Below are positions 46,488 through 60,200 of a stretch of DNA of 64,000 nucleotides, one piece after another. A model generated the notes under the pieces. That model saw nothing but the letters and a program-made list of their open reading frames with translations. It was not told the DNA's origin and searched no databases. Location: contig OZ218778.1 of the NCBI GenBank assembly GCA_965112635.1, positions 1,792,001 through 1,856,000 on the forward strand. The letters run 5' to 3'. Made by a program: the position numbers and the translations under genes. Positions within the stretch are counted from its first letter, which is position 1; each line of letters opens with the position of its first letter. Origin of the DNA: an uncultured bacterium. Lineage in GTDB: Bacteria > Oederibacteriota > Oederibacteriia > Oederibacteriales > Oederibacteriaceae.

Positions 46488-47951
46488 GTGAGAAAAACTC
46501 TTTTTGTTTTATTGTCCATTTTATTGTTTTATTCAAGTCCGATCAGAGCAGTAGATTTCCAGCCCTATCAGGTTCCTGGCCAGGACATCATTGTTAGGCC
46601 TGAATCCGAGAGACCTTTTAAAAGAGTGGTCATAGGGCTGGAACCCAATAAAACCAGCTATTTTATGCTTCCCAAGACAGACGAGTTTGATGTCAAGGCA
46701 ACCAATGAACAAATTGAATATTTAAGGCGGCAGGTCTACTGGCTGAACTATGAACTGACCCACGGACAAATATTCAGACACATGCCGGATTACACACATT
46801 TTTTTGTAGCTATCCCGGACCCCAAATATGTTCACGAATCCCCTGGGAATGAGCAAGAAGAATTCATTGATTACTTGAAAACCAGGGCTCGATGGAACGA
46901 TAAGAAGATAAAAGACAGGGTTAGTTTTTGTAAAATACCCATGACCCTAGTTTATCCCCAGGATATGGCTGAACCAGTTGGGACTGACAGCAAAGGCCGT
47001 TTGGTTCTTGGAATTGGAATGGATTATGACAGATGGTATTACGAACCTCTGAAAGTTCTTCTGAAATATTTTTCCGATGATTTCCAATTTGTAAAATTAA
47101 ACGGGAAAAATAATGAGGAGATCAATACCGAAGGCGGGGATATTAATTTAACCTGGCTTCCTGAGGGGAAAGTTGGTTTGTTGATCGGCTACCACCGAGT
47201 TCTTCGATATATTCAGCACAAGACCGGAATGGATATGAGGGGACAAAAAGTTGATGCTGCTTTGATCGAAGAGGCACGCAAAGCTTTTCAGGATGCTTTT
47301 TTTGGTGTCGAGGTAATTATCGTGGGGGAGGACCTCCTGCGTAAACCTTTAATTGTGAACGATGAGCTTTTTCATCTGGATATGATCGTTAACCTTGTCA
47401 AATCTGGGGATAAGACCCTGGCATTTATACCTACCTATCTCGTTTCTCCCGTGGATGCGATCACACATGTTCATCTCTCTGATGTGGTACGGGATAGGAT
47501 ACAAAAAGTTTACGACATTTGTGCAGCGCAACTAAAGAAAAGAGGTTTCAAGGTAATCAGACTGCCTTTTGCAGACCATCCGGTCCGCAATCCTGTCAAT
47601 GTAGGAAAGTTTATTAATCCCGAAGATGGCAAACCCTATGTCCTGCTCGGTAAATACCCATATCACTTTGCCCTTTCTGATGGATCCATTCCGCAGTTTG
47701 AACTTCAAGCAGGTTTTGATGCATTAACCTTGATCGTTGACAAGTGGAGACAGGACCCTTCAGGTTCAAATTGGCAGGAAGTACAGAAATATTTCGATGA
47801 AATTTGGAAAATGATGGATGATATTCCTCAAAAAAAGAACCCATTATTTGACAGGCAGGCTGAGATCTATAAGTTGCACGGTATTTCCGTGATAGGTGTC
47901 CCGATTTTCCCGACCGGGGATGGCGGTTTGCATTGTCTTTTATTGAAATAA
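46488..47951 (+). CDS. Secreted pentein-superfamily enzyme (agmatine/peptidyl-arginine deiminase-like)
   Basis: Signal peptide (GTG 46488 after AGGAGAGG); motifs YPQD, EGGDI, FHLD and GGLHC in the order typical of guanidino-modifying enzymes. Confidence 0.6.
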   Translation: MRKTLFVLLSILLFYSSPIRAVDFQPYQVPGQDIIVRPESERPFKRVVIGLEPNKTSYFMLPKTDEFDVKATNEQIEYLRRQVYWLNYELTHGQIFRHMPDYTHFFVAIPDPKYVHESPGNEQEEFIDYLKTRARWNDKKIKDRVSFCKIPMTLVYPQDMAEPVGTDSKGRLVLGIGMDYDRWYYEPLKVLLKYFSDDFQFVKLNGKNNEEINTEGGDINLTWLPEGKVGLLIGYHRVLRYIQHKTGMDMRGQKVDAALIEEARKAFQDAFFGVEVIIVGEDLLRKPLIVNDELFHLDMIVNLVKSGDKTLAFIPTYLVSPVDAITHVHLSDVVRDRIQKVYDICAAQLKKRGFKVIRLPFADHPVRNPVNVGKFINPEDGKPYVLLGKYPYHFALSDGSIPQFELQAGFDALTLIVDKWRQDPSGSNWQEVQKYFDEIWKMMDDIPQKKNPLFDRQAEIYKLHGISVIGVPIFPTGDGGLHCLLLK

Positions 47952-48235
47952 AAATATAACTTTGTTGCGCTAACGTAACTCTACAGATCCCAACAAACCT
48001 CAAAAATAGAACTATCCAAATATTAAACCTCGGTAATTTGTATAGTAACTCTTTATAAAACAACATAAAAGGTCGCAGCATGTATCCTGTAAACTATCCC
48101 TATAAATGTAATAAAATAGATAGCAAAGAAGGGGATAATGGATATAATAAATGCTAGTGCAATAAAATAATCTAAAAAAACCAACAAAAAAATTAATAAA
48201 TAATTGCGAAATAATTAATTTAAACCGGAGTCACC

Positions 48236-51200
48236 ATGAGTTTGTGGGGCAGAAGGTTTGACAAAGAAGACAAAATAATATTTTGGATTACATTTTCAAT
48301 ATTATTTTGTCTTTTCTTTTTTTGGCTTGTCTTTTTTATGCCTGGTCCAGAACATGAGATTCCCCAATATGTTTACGCGGCAGGTACAAACACCGCTACT
48401 GCGACCGCAACCAGGACAGCTACGAAAACTGCAACGCAGACAGCTACGAGTACTATAACCAAGACGGCTACGAGCACGGCTACTAATACCGTGACAAACA
48501 CAGCGACAAGTTCAGCGACGCGGACATCGACCCAGACTGCCACTGCAACCGCCACGCAGACCTATTCTCAAACTGCAACCGTTACCAGGACAGCTACGAA
48601 TACGGCAACTAACACTGCTACAAATACAGCTACCCAGACGTCGACTCAAACTGCCACTGCAACCGCCACGCAGACCTATTCTCAAACTGCAACCGTTACC
48701 AGGACAGCTACGAATACGGCAACTAACACTGCTACAAATACAGCTACCCAGACGTCGACTCAAACTGCCACTCCAACCGCCACTCAGACCTATTCTCAAA
48801 CTGCAACCATTACTAGGACGGCTACGAACACGTCTACTAACACCGCTACAAATACAGCCACTAATACTGCAACGAATACTTCCACAAGTTCAGCGACGCG
48901 GACATCGACTCAAACAGCGACAAGTACAGCTACTAATACGATGACAGGCACAGGGTCAGCGACCAATACGGCAACCAATACCGCAACCAACACCGCTACA
49001 AATACAGCGACCCGGACATCGACCCAGACTGCCACTGCAACCGCCACTCAGACCTATTCTCAAACTGCAACCATTACTAGGACGGCTACGAACACGTCTA
49101 CCAACACCGCTACGAATACGGCCACTAATACTGCAACGAATACTTCCACAAGTTCAGCGACGCGGACATCGACTCAAACGGCGACAAGTACAGCTACTAA
49201 TACAGTGACAGGCACAGGGTCAGCGACTAATACATCAACAAGTACCGCAACAAATACGGCGACAAGCACAACAACCAATACGGTGACGAATACTGCAACT
49301 AACACAACCACAAACACTACCACCCAAACAGCTACGCAAACTGCTACGAACACGGTAACTAATTCAGCTACCAACACTGCCACCCAGACAGCGACCAATA
49401 CAGCTTCCCAGACGGCAACGCAAACAGCCACAAACACGGAAACGCAAACGGCTACTCAGACAGCTACTCAGACCGCGACAGCGACAGCAACGGTAACAGG
49501 ATCAGTGACGAATACATCAACGCAAACAACCACAAATACAGCCACGAATACCGCGACCAATACGGAAACCCAGACATTAACCTCGACTATTACTGCCACT
49601 GTTACTTCAACGGTAACGGCAACAAACACGGCCAGTCAAACAGCAACAAACACATCCACAAATACCATGACGAATACGGAGACCCAGACAATAACCTCGA
49701 CTATTACTGCCACTGCTACTTCAACGTTGACTGCAACAAACACAGCCACTCAAACAACAACAAATACAGCCACGAATACTGCATCGAATACGGCGACCAA
49801 TACGGTTACGAATACAACCACAAACACGGCGACCAGCACGGCGACGTATACGGCTACTAGTACGATTACCCTGACCATTACGGCAACAGCAACATCTACG
49901 GCTACAGCAACAAATACCCCCACCAACACCGCGACTAATACTGCAACTAGGACAGCTACGAGTACAATAACCCGGACGGCTACGAGCACGGCTACCGCAA
50001 CAAGTACATCTACTCGGACAGCAACAAATACAGCCACGAATACTGCGACGAATACAGCGACAAGTACGGCGACCAGAACGATTACTTTGACCGCTACGGC
50101 CACAGCTACAAATACTGCAACACGGACAGCTACGAGCACGGCTACCGCAACAAGTACATCTACTCGGACAGCAACACAGACAGCCACCAATACGGTTACG
50201 AATACAGCGACAAATACTGCAACAAGGACTGCTACGAGCACGGCTACCGCAACAAGCACATCTACTCGGACGGCAACCCAGACAGCTACCAATACGGCAA
50301 CCCAGACAGCTACCAATACGGCTACCCAGACAGCAACTCAAACTGCCACTGCAACTGCCACGCAGACCTATTCTCAGACTGCAACCGTTACCAGGACGGC
50401 CTCTAATACGGCTACTAACACTGCGACAAATACAGCTACCCAGACAGCAACTCAAACTGCCACTGCAACTGCCACGCAGACCTATTCTCAAACTGCAACC
50501 GTTACCAGGACGGCCACGAATACGGCTACGAACACTGCTACCAACACAGCCACTAACACGGCCAGCAACACAACTACTCTGACAGCGACTTCAACTGCTA
50601 CTACTACAGCTACAACTACGGTTACGGCCACCAATACGGCCTCTAATACTGCAACTAACACAGCTACAAACACAGCTACAAACACAGCCACCAATACAGC
50701 TACGAACACAGCAACTCAAACTGCCACTGCAACTGCCACGCAGACCTATTCTCAAACTGCAACCGTTACCAGGACGGCCACGAATACGGCTACGAACACT
50801 GCTACCAATACAGTTACTCAGACGGCGACAATTACAGCTACCCAGACAGCAACTCAAACTGCCACTGCAACTGCCACGCAGACCTATTCTCAAACTGCAA
50901 CCGTTACCAGGACGGCCACGAATACGGCTACTAACACTGCTACCAATACAGCTACTCGGACAGCGACCTCAACGGCTACCGTTACAGCCACATCTACGGT
51001 TACAGCCACAAATACCGCCACGAACACAGCCACGGCTACAGCTACGCAGACCTATACTTTGACCAACACCGCTACAGCTACATCCACGAACACAAACACG
51101 CAGACGGCTACCAGCACGGCCACTTACACGCTAACCAGCACCGCTACCGCCACGGCCACGCAGACCTACACGTTGACTAATACAGCTACCGTTACATCCA

Positions 51201-54200
51201 CGAATACGAACACGCAGACGGCTACGAGCACGCAGACCTATACTTTAACTAACACAGCCACCGCCACGGCCACGAACACGAACACGCGGACAGCTACCAG
51301 CACGGCCACTTACACACTAACCAGCACAGCCACGGCTTCGGCTACACAGACCTACACGTTGTCCAACACCGCTACCGCTACAGCCACGAATACGAACACG
51401 CGGACAGCCACGAGCACAGCGACCTGTACGTTGACCAGCACAGCCACCGCCACGGCTACGCAGACCTATACTTTAACTAACACCGCTACCGCCACGGCCA
51501 CGAATACGAATACGCGGACGACTACCAGCACGGGGACCTATACGCTAACCTTCACGGCAACCGCCACGGCTACGCAGACCTATTCTTTGACCAACACAGC
51601 TACCGCTACGGCCACGAATACGAATACACAGACGGCCACGAGCACGGCTACCTATACTTTGACCAGCACCGCCACGGCTACGCAGACTTATTCTTTGACC
51701 AACACAGCTACCGCTACGGCCACGAATACGAATACGCGGACGGCTACCAGCACAGCTACCTATACTTTGACCAGCACAGCTACGGCCACCGCAACGCAGA
51801 CCTATACTTTAACTAACACCGCTACCGCCACGGCCACACAGACCTATTCTTTGACCAACACAGCCACCGCCACGGCCACGAACACGAACACGCGGACAGC
51901 TACCAGCACGGCCACTTACACACTAACCAGCACAGCCACGGCTTCGGCTACACAGACCTACACGTTGTCCAACACCGCTACCGCTACAGCCACGAATACG
52001 AACACGCGGACAGCCACGAGCACAGCGACCTGTACGTTGACCAGCACAGCCACCGCCACGGCTACGCAGACCTATACTTTAACTAACACCGCTACCGCCA
52101 CGGCCACACAGACCTATTCTTTGACCAACACGGCTACCGCTACATTCACGAATACGAACACACAGACCGCTACGAGCACGGCGACCTATACGCTAACCAG
52201 CACAGCCACGGCTACAGCTACGCAGACCTATACTTTGACCAACACCGCTACAGCTACAGCCACGAACACAAACACGCAGACGGCTACCAGCACGGCCACT
52301 TACACGCTAACCAGCACCGCTACCGCCACGGCTACGCAGACCTATACTTTAACTAACACCGCTACCGCCACGGCCACGCAGACCTATACTTTAACTAACA
52401 CCGCTACCGCCACGGCCACGCAGACCTATACTTTAACTAACACCGCTACCGCCACGGCCACACAGACCTATTCTTTGACCAACACGGCTACCGCTACATT
52501 CACGAATACGAATACACAGACCGCTACGAGCACGGCCACTTATACGCTAACCAGCACTGCTACCGCCACGGCTACGCAGACCTATTCTTTGACCAATACA
52601 GCTACTGTCACGAATACAAATACGCGAACGGCTACGAGCACAGCTACCTATACTTTGACCAGCACAGCTACGGCCACCGCAACGCAGACCTATACCTTGA
52701 CCAACACCGCTACAGCTACGACTACGAACACGAACACGCAGACGGCTACGAGTACGGCCACTTATACGCTAACCAGCACAGCCACGACCACCGCTACGCA
52801 GACCTATTCTTTGTCCAACACCGCTACCGCTACAGCCACGAATACGAACACGCGGACAGCCACAAGCACAGCGACCTGTACGTTGACCAGCACAGCCACC
52901 GCCACGGCCACGCAGACCTATACTTTAACTAACACCGCTACCGCCACGGCCACACAGACCTATTCTTTGACCAATACAGCTACTGTCACGAATACAAATA
53001 CGCGAACGGCTACGAGCACAGCTACCTATACTTTGACCAGCACAGCTACGGCCACCGCAACGCAGACCTATACCTTGACCAACACCGCTACAGCTACGAC
53101 TACGAACACGAACACGCAGACGGCTACGAGTACGGCCACTTATACGCTAACCTCCACGGCCACAGCTACGCAGACCTACACCTTGACCAGTACCGTTACT
53201 GCCACGGCCACGAATACGAATACGCAGACAGCTACGAGCACGGCCACCTATACGCTAACCAGTACAGCAACCGCTACGATCACGAATACGAACACGCGGA
53301 CGGCTACCAGCACGGCGACCTATACGCTAACCAGCACTGCTACCGCCACGGCTACGCAGACCTATTCTTTGACCAATACAGCTACTGTCACGAATACAAA
53401 TACGCGAACGGCTACCAGCACAGCTACCTATACTTTGACCAGCACAGCTACCGCCACGGCCACACAGACCTATTCTTTGACCAACACGGCTACCGCTACA
53501 TTCACGAATACGAATACACAGACCGCTACGAGCACGGCGACCTATACGCTAACCAGCACAGCCACGGCTACAGCTACGCAGACCTATACTTTGACCAACA
53601 CCGCTACAGCTACGGCCACGAACACAAACACGCAGACGGCTACGAGCACGCAGACCTATACGCTAACCAGCACAGCCACGGCTACAGCTACGCAGACCTA
53701 TACTTTGACCAACACCGCTACAGCTACATCCACGAACACAAACACGCAGACGGCTACCAGCACGGCCACTTACACGCTAACCAGCACCGCTACCGCCACG
53801 GCCACGCAGACCTACACGTTGACTAATACAGCTACCGTTACATCCACGAATACGAACACCCAGACCGCTACCGCCACGGCCACACAGACCTATTCTTTGA
53901 CCAACACAGCTACAGCTACGGCCACGAACACAAACACGCGGACAGCTACCAGCACGGCCACTTACACGCTAACCAGCACCGCTACCGCCACGGCCACGCA
54001 GACCTATACTTTAACTAACACCGCTACAGCTACGGTTACGAATACAAACACGCGGACGGCCACAAGCACGGCTACCTATACTTTGACCAGCACCGCTACA
54101 GCTACGAATACGGCCACGAACACGGCTACCAATACGGCTACTAGCACAGCTACAAATACGGCCACCCAGACGGCGACCTCAACCGCTACCGCCACAGCTA

Positions 54201-57200
54201 CATCTACGGTTACCGCCACCAATACGGCCACCAGCACTACTACCAGCACAGCAACTAATACGACTACCAACACAGCTACTAATACAGCCACCCAGACCGC
54301 TACCGCCACGGCCACACGGACCTATTCTTTGACCAACACAGCTACGAACACAGCTACACCAACGCTGACCTCAACTACTACCGCAACAGCTACATCTACG
54401 GTTACAGCGACCAATACGACAACGAATACTGCAACAAATACGGCTACGAACACAACTACTCAGACAGCGACCTCAACTACTACTGCCACAGCTACATCCA
54501 CGATTACAGCGACCAGCACGGCTACTAATACGGCCACTAACACAGCAACCAATACTGGGACAAATACTGCCACGAATACTGTTACCCAGACGATGACCGC
54601 AACTATTACTGTCACAGCTACATCTACAGCTTCAGCCACCAATTCGGCTACGAACACAGCTACTAACACGGCGACTAATACGGCCACGAACACGGCTACA
54701 AATACTGCCACGAATACAGCCACCCAGACGGCGACCTCAACTGCTACCGCCACAGCTACATCTACGGTTACCGCCACCAATACGGCCACCAGCACTACTA
54801 CCAGCACAGCAACTAATACGACTACCAACACAGCTACTAATACAGCCACCCAGACCGCTACCGCCACGGCCACACAGACCTATTCTTTGACTAACACAGC
54901 TACCGCTACATCCACGAACACAAACACGCAGACGGCCACAAGCACGGCCACTTACACGCTAACCAGCACAGCTACGGCCACCGCTACGCAGACCTATACT
55001 TTGACCAGCACCGCTACAGCTACGGTTACGAATACAAACACGCGGACGGCCACAAGCACGGCTACCAATACGGCTACTAGCACAGCTACAAATACGGCCA
55101 CCAACACAGCTACGAACACAGCTACACCAACGCTGACCTCAACTACTACCGCAACAGCTACATCTACGGTTACAGCGACCAATACGACAACGAATACTGC
55201 AACAAATACGGCTACGAACACAACTACTCAGACAGCGACCTCAACTACTACTGCCACAGCTACATCCACGATTACAGCGACCAGCACGGCTACTAATACG
55301 GCCACTAACACAGCAACCAATACTGGGACAAATACTGCCACGAATACTGTTACCCAGACGATGACCGCAACTATTACTGTCACAGCTACATCTACAGCTT
55401 CAGCCACCAATTCGGCTACGAACACAGCTACTAACACGGCGACTAATACGGCCACGAACACGGCTACAAATACTGCCACGAATACAGCCACCCAGACGGC
55501 GACCTCAACTGCTACCGCCACAGCTACATCTACGGTTACCGCCACCAATACGGCCACCAGCACTACTACCAGCACAGCAACTAATACGACTACCAACACA
55601 GCTACTAATACAGCCACCCAGACCGCTACCGCCACGGCCACACAGACCTATTCTTTGACCAACACAGCTACAGCTACGGTTACGAATACAAACACGCGGA
55701 CGGCCACAAGCACGGCTACCAATACGGCTACTAGCACAGCTACAAATACGGCCACCAACACAGCTACGAACACAGCTACACCAACGCTGACCTCAACTAC
55801 TACCGCCACAGCTACATCTACGGTTACAGCGACCAATACTTCTACGAATACAGCTACTAATACGCCCACCAATACAGCTACTTGGACTGCGACCCCAACC
55901 GCCACTGCCACATCAACATCTACAGTTACAGACACCAGTACAGCTACTTATACTGGGACAAATACGGCTACGAACACCACTACCAATACGGCCACTAACA
56001 CGGCAACCAACACAGCGACGAATACAGCTACAAGTACGGCAACCAGCACGAGTACCACGACAAATACGGTAACGAATACAGTTACTAACACAGCCACAAA
56101 TACGGTTACTTGGACAATGACTAATACGGCTACCAACACAGCTACAAATACAGCCACCCAGACGGCGACCTCAACTGCTACCGCCACAGCTACATCTACG
56201 GTTACAGCGACCAATACGACAACGAATACTGCAACAAATACCGCAACGAACACAACTACTCAGACAGCGACCTCAACTACTACTGCCACAGCTACATCCA
56301 CGATTACAGCGACCAGCACGGCTACTAATACGGCCACTAAAACAGCAACCAATACTGGGACAAATACTGCCACGAATACTGTTACCCAGACGATGACCGC
56401 AACTATTACTGTCACAGCTACATCTACGGTTACCGCAACCAATACGGCCACAAACACAGCTACGAATACGGCTTCTCAGACAACAACAGCAACAACTACT
56501 ACTACAGCTACCAATACAGCTACTAATACGTCCACCAATACTGCTACTTGGACTGCGACCCTAACTGCCACTGCCACGTTAACATCTACAGTTACGGCCA
56601 CCAGTACAGCTACTTATACTGGGACAAATACGGCTACGAACACCGCTACCAATACAGCTACTTGGACAGCAACTAATACGGCCACCAACACAGCTACGAA
56701 CACAAATACTCAGACAGCGACCTCAACTGCTACTGCCACGGCTACGTCTACTAATACAGTAACCAATACGACAACCAATACGGCCACAAATACTGCAACA
56801 AATACATCCACGATTACAGCTACCCAGACGGCAACAACAACTGCTACTGCCACTGCTACATCTACGGTTACAGCTACCAATACAGCTACTGATACGACAA
56901 CGAATACGGCCACAAATACGACTACGAACACCACTACCAATACGGTTACTAACACGGCAACAAATACAGCGACGAATACGGCTACCAGTACGGCAACCAG
57001 TACGAGTACCACTACGAACACAGCCACGAACACAGCCACTAATACTGCGACAAATACAGGCACAAATACTGCTACCCAGACGATGACATCAACTGTTACT
57101 GCCACAGCTACATCTACTGCTACAACTACCAATACGGCGACCAGCACGGCAACTAATACAGCTACGAATACAGCTTCTCAGACAGCAACCGCAACCCCTA

Positions 57201-60200
57201 CCGCCACAGCTACGGCTTCTAATACAACAACCAATACTGCAACAAATACTGTCACTACCACGACTACCAACACGGCCACTACTACAGTTACCAATACGGC
57301 TACAAATACCACTACAGATACGGCAACTAATACGACTACCAGCACAGCTACAAACACAGCAACTCAGACTTCTACGAACACCACTACCAGCACAGCTACA
57401 AATACGGTTACAAATACGGCTACTTCTACAATAACCAACACAGCTTCGAGTACCGCTACAAACACAACAACTAATACGATTACCAATACTGCTACAAACA
57501 CAGCGACTCAGACTGTGACGAACACGGCTACCATTACAGCTACAAGCACGACTACAAACACAGCTACGAACACGGCAACTAGCACTGCGACAAATACAGC
57601 GACGAATACAGCTACAAGTACTGCAACAAGTACGAGTTCCGCTACCAATACAGCTACCAACACTGCTACAAATACCGTCACTAATACTGCTACGAACACG
57701 GCAACCAATACTGCGACAAATACAACGACGATTACAGCTACCCAGACGGCGACCTTAACTACTACTACCACAGCTACATCTACGGTTACGGCAACCAACA
57801 CGGCTTCTAATACAACAACAAATACTGCTACCAGCACGGCCACTAATACGGCAACAAATACTGCTACAAATACTGCCACGAATACTGCTACACAGACGGC
57901 GAGCTCAACTGTTACTGCCACAGCGACAGCTACATTGACAGCGACCAACACAACCACAAACACGACTTCCAATACAACTACGAACTCAGACACTCCAACA
58001 GCTACGAACACCGCTACCATTACAGTTACCAGTACGGCCACTAATACTATGACTAATACATCAACTAGTACTGGCACGAATACCAATACAACAACCCAAA
58101 CAACCACGAACACAACAACAAATACGGCTACTTGGACGGCGACTATTACTCCTACTAATACCACCACGAACACAGCTACAAACACGACTACAAACACAAC
58201 CACGAACACAGCAACTAACACTGCGACAATTACTTCAACTACTACCACTACCAATACTGCCACCAATACGGTTACTAACACTGCAAGCAATACTGCTACA
58301 AATACAGCGACGATTACTGCTACCCAGACGGCGACCTCAACTGCTACCGCCACAGCTACATCTACGGTTACAGCGACCATCACAACTACTAACACGACTA
58401 CGAATACCGCTACGAACACGACCACTAATACAGCTACCAATACAGCGACCAATACGGCTACGAATACCGCCACGAATACAACAACTAATACGACTACCAA
58501 TACAGCTTCAAACACGGCAACCCAGACGGCTACGAACACCGCTACTATTACCTCTACAAACACGACTACAAACACAGCCACCAACACGGAAACTAACACT
58601 GTGACTATTACTTCAACTACTACCGCTACCAATACTGCCACCAACACCGCGACGAGTACTGCAACTAATACAGCTACAAACACGACCACGGGAACCGTAA
58701 CAAATACTGCAACCAACACAGCGACTCAGACGGCTACGAGCACCACTACAAATACAGCTACCAATACGGCCACCAATACTGTGACCAATACATCAACTAG
58801 TACAGGTACGAATACCGATACGGCAACCCAAACAACTACGAATACAACAACAAATACGGCGACTTGGACGGCGACTAATACTCCTACTAATACCATCACG
58901 AACACTTCCACTAACACGACTACAAATACCACAACAAATACTGCAACTAATACGGTAACGAACACAAATACGATCACGAATACAGCGACCCAGACGATTA
59001 CCAATACTGTGACCAGTACAACAACAAGCACCACGACTTATACAACAACGAACACGAGCACCAGCACTAACACGGCGACTCAAACCGCAACGAATACAAC
59101 TACAAGCACTGTTACAAATACAAGCACCCAAACAGCGACAAATACGACTACTCAGACCGCCACTCAAACAGCAACTCAGACAGAGACAGTTACTGCAACC
59201 GACACGGCAACTCAAACTGCCACCCAGACAATCACTCAGACAGCGTCAAGTACGGAGACCGTCACGAATACCACCACAGCAACCAGCACGACTACGACAA
59301 CCAATACAACTACTGCAACTTGTTCGTCTACCTTGACCGCAACTCCTACAGTGACCAGCACGTTGACAACGACCTTTACGGGGACAAGTTCAGCAACTCA
59401 AACGGCGACTGCAACTAGTACAAATACGAATACGAATACTGCAACAGGCACTACGACCAATACGGAAACTAATACAGCTACTCAGACTGCTTCGAGTACC
59501 GTGACAACAACTGGCACGCCGACGAATACGGTTACCTCGACAGCCACTATTTCCCTTACATTCACAAATACAGTGACTCAAACCACAACAGCTACGGCTA
59601 CTTTGACGGTTACGACTACTACTACAAGTACAATTACAAATACTGCCACCACCACCAATACGGAGACATCGACATCTACCAGCACGACCACTGGTTCGGA
59701 GACTGCTACAAGTTCCGCGACAACGACGCCCACTAATACTGGTACCTCAACCACTACCGCAACGGAAACGATTACCGCTACTATAACTTGTACATTTACC
59801 GAAACTTACACGGAAACTAGCACATCAACTAATACAGCTACTCCTACAAATACCTGCACTGTAACTGTGACTACAACTTCAACTGAAACTATGACTTCCA
59901 CCTGTTCTTACACTGCCACTTTGACAGATACAGTGACTTTAACTTGGACTGAAACAGCAACTTGTACTGAGACGGCAACCTGGACTGAAACAAGTTCACC
60001 AACAGCAACTGCCACGATCACGCTGACCCCAACCTCGACTCAGACAGGGACCCAAACGGCGACTCAGACTGATACGCAATCTGCAACCTCTACGGGCACC
60101 CCAACAAGCACTAACACAGTTTCGAATACAGTGACCCAGACAAGTACCAGCACTTTAACTTCAACGTTGTCATCTACCGGAACGACCACATCAACTGGGA

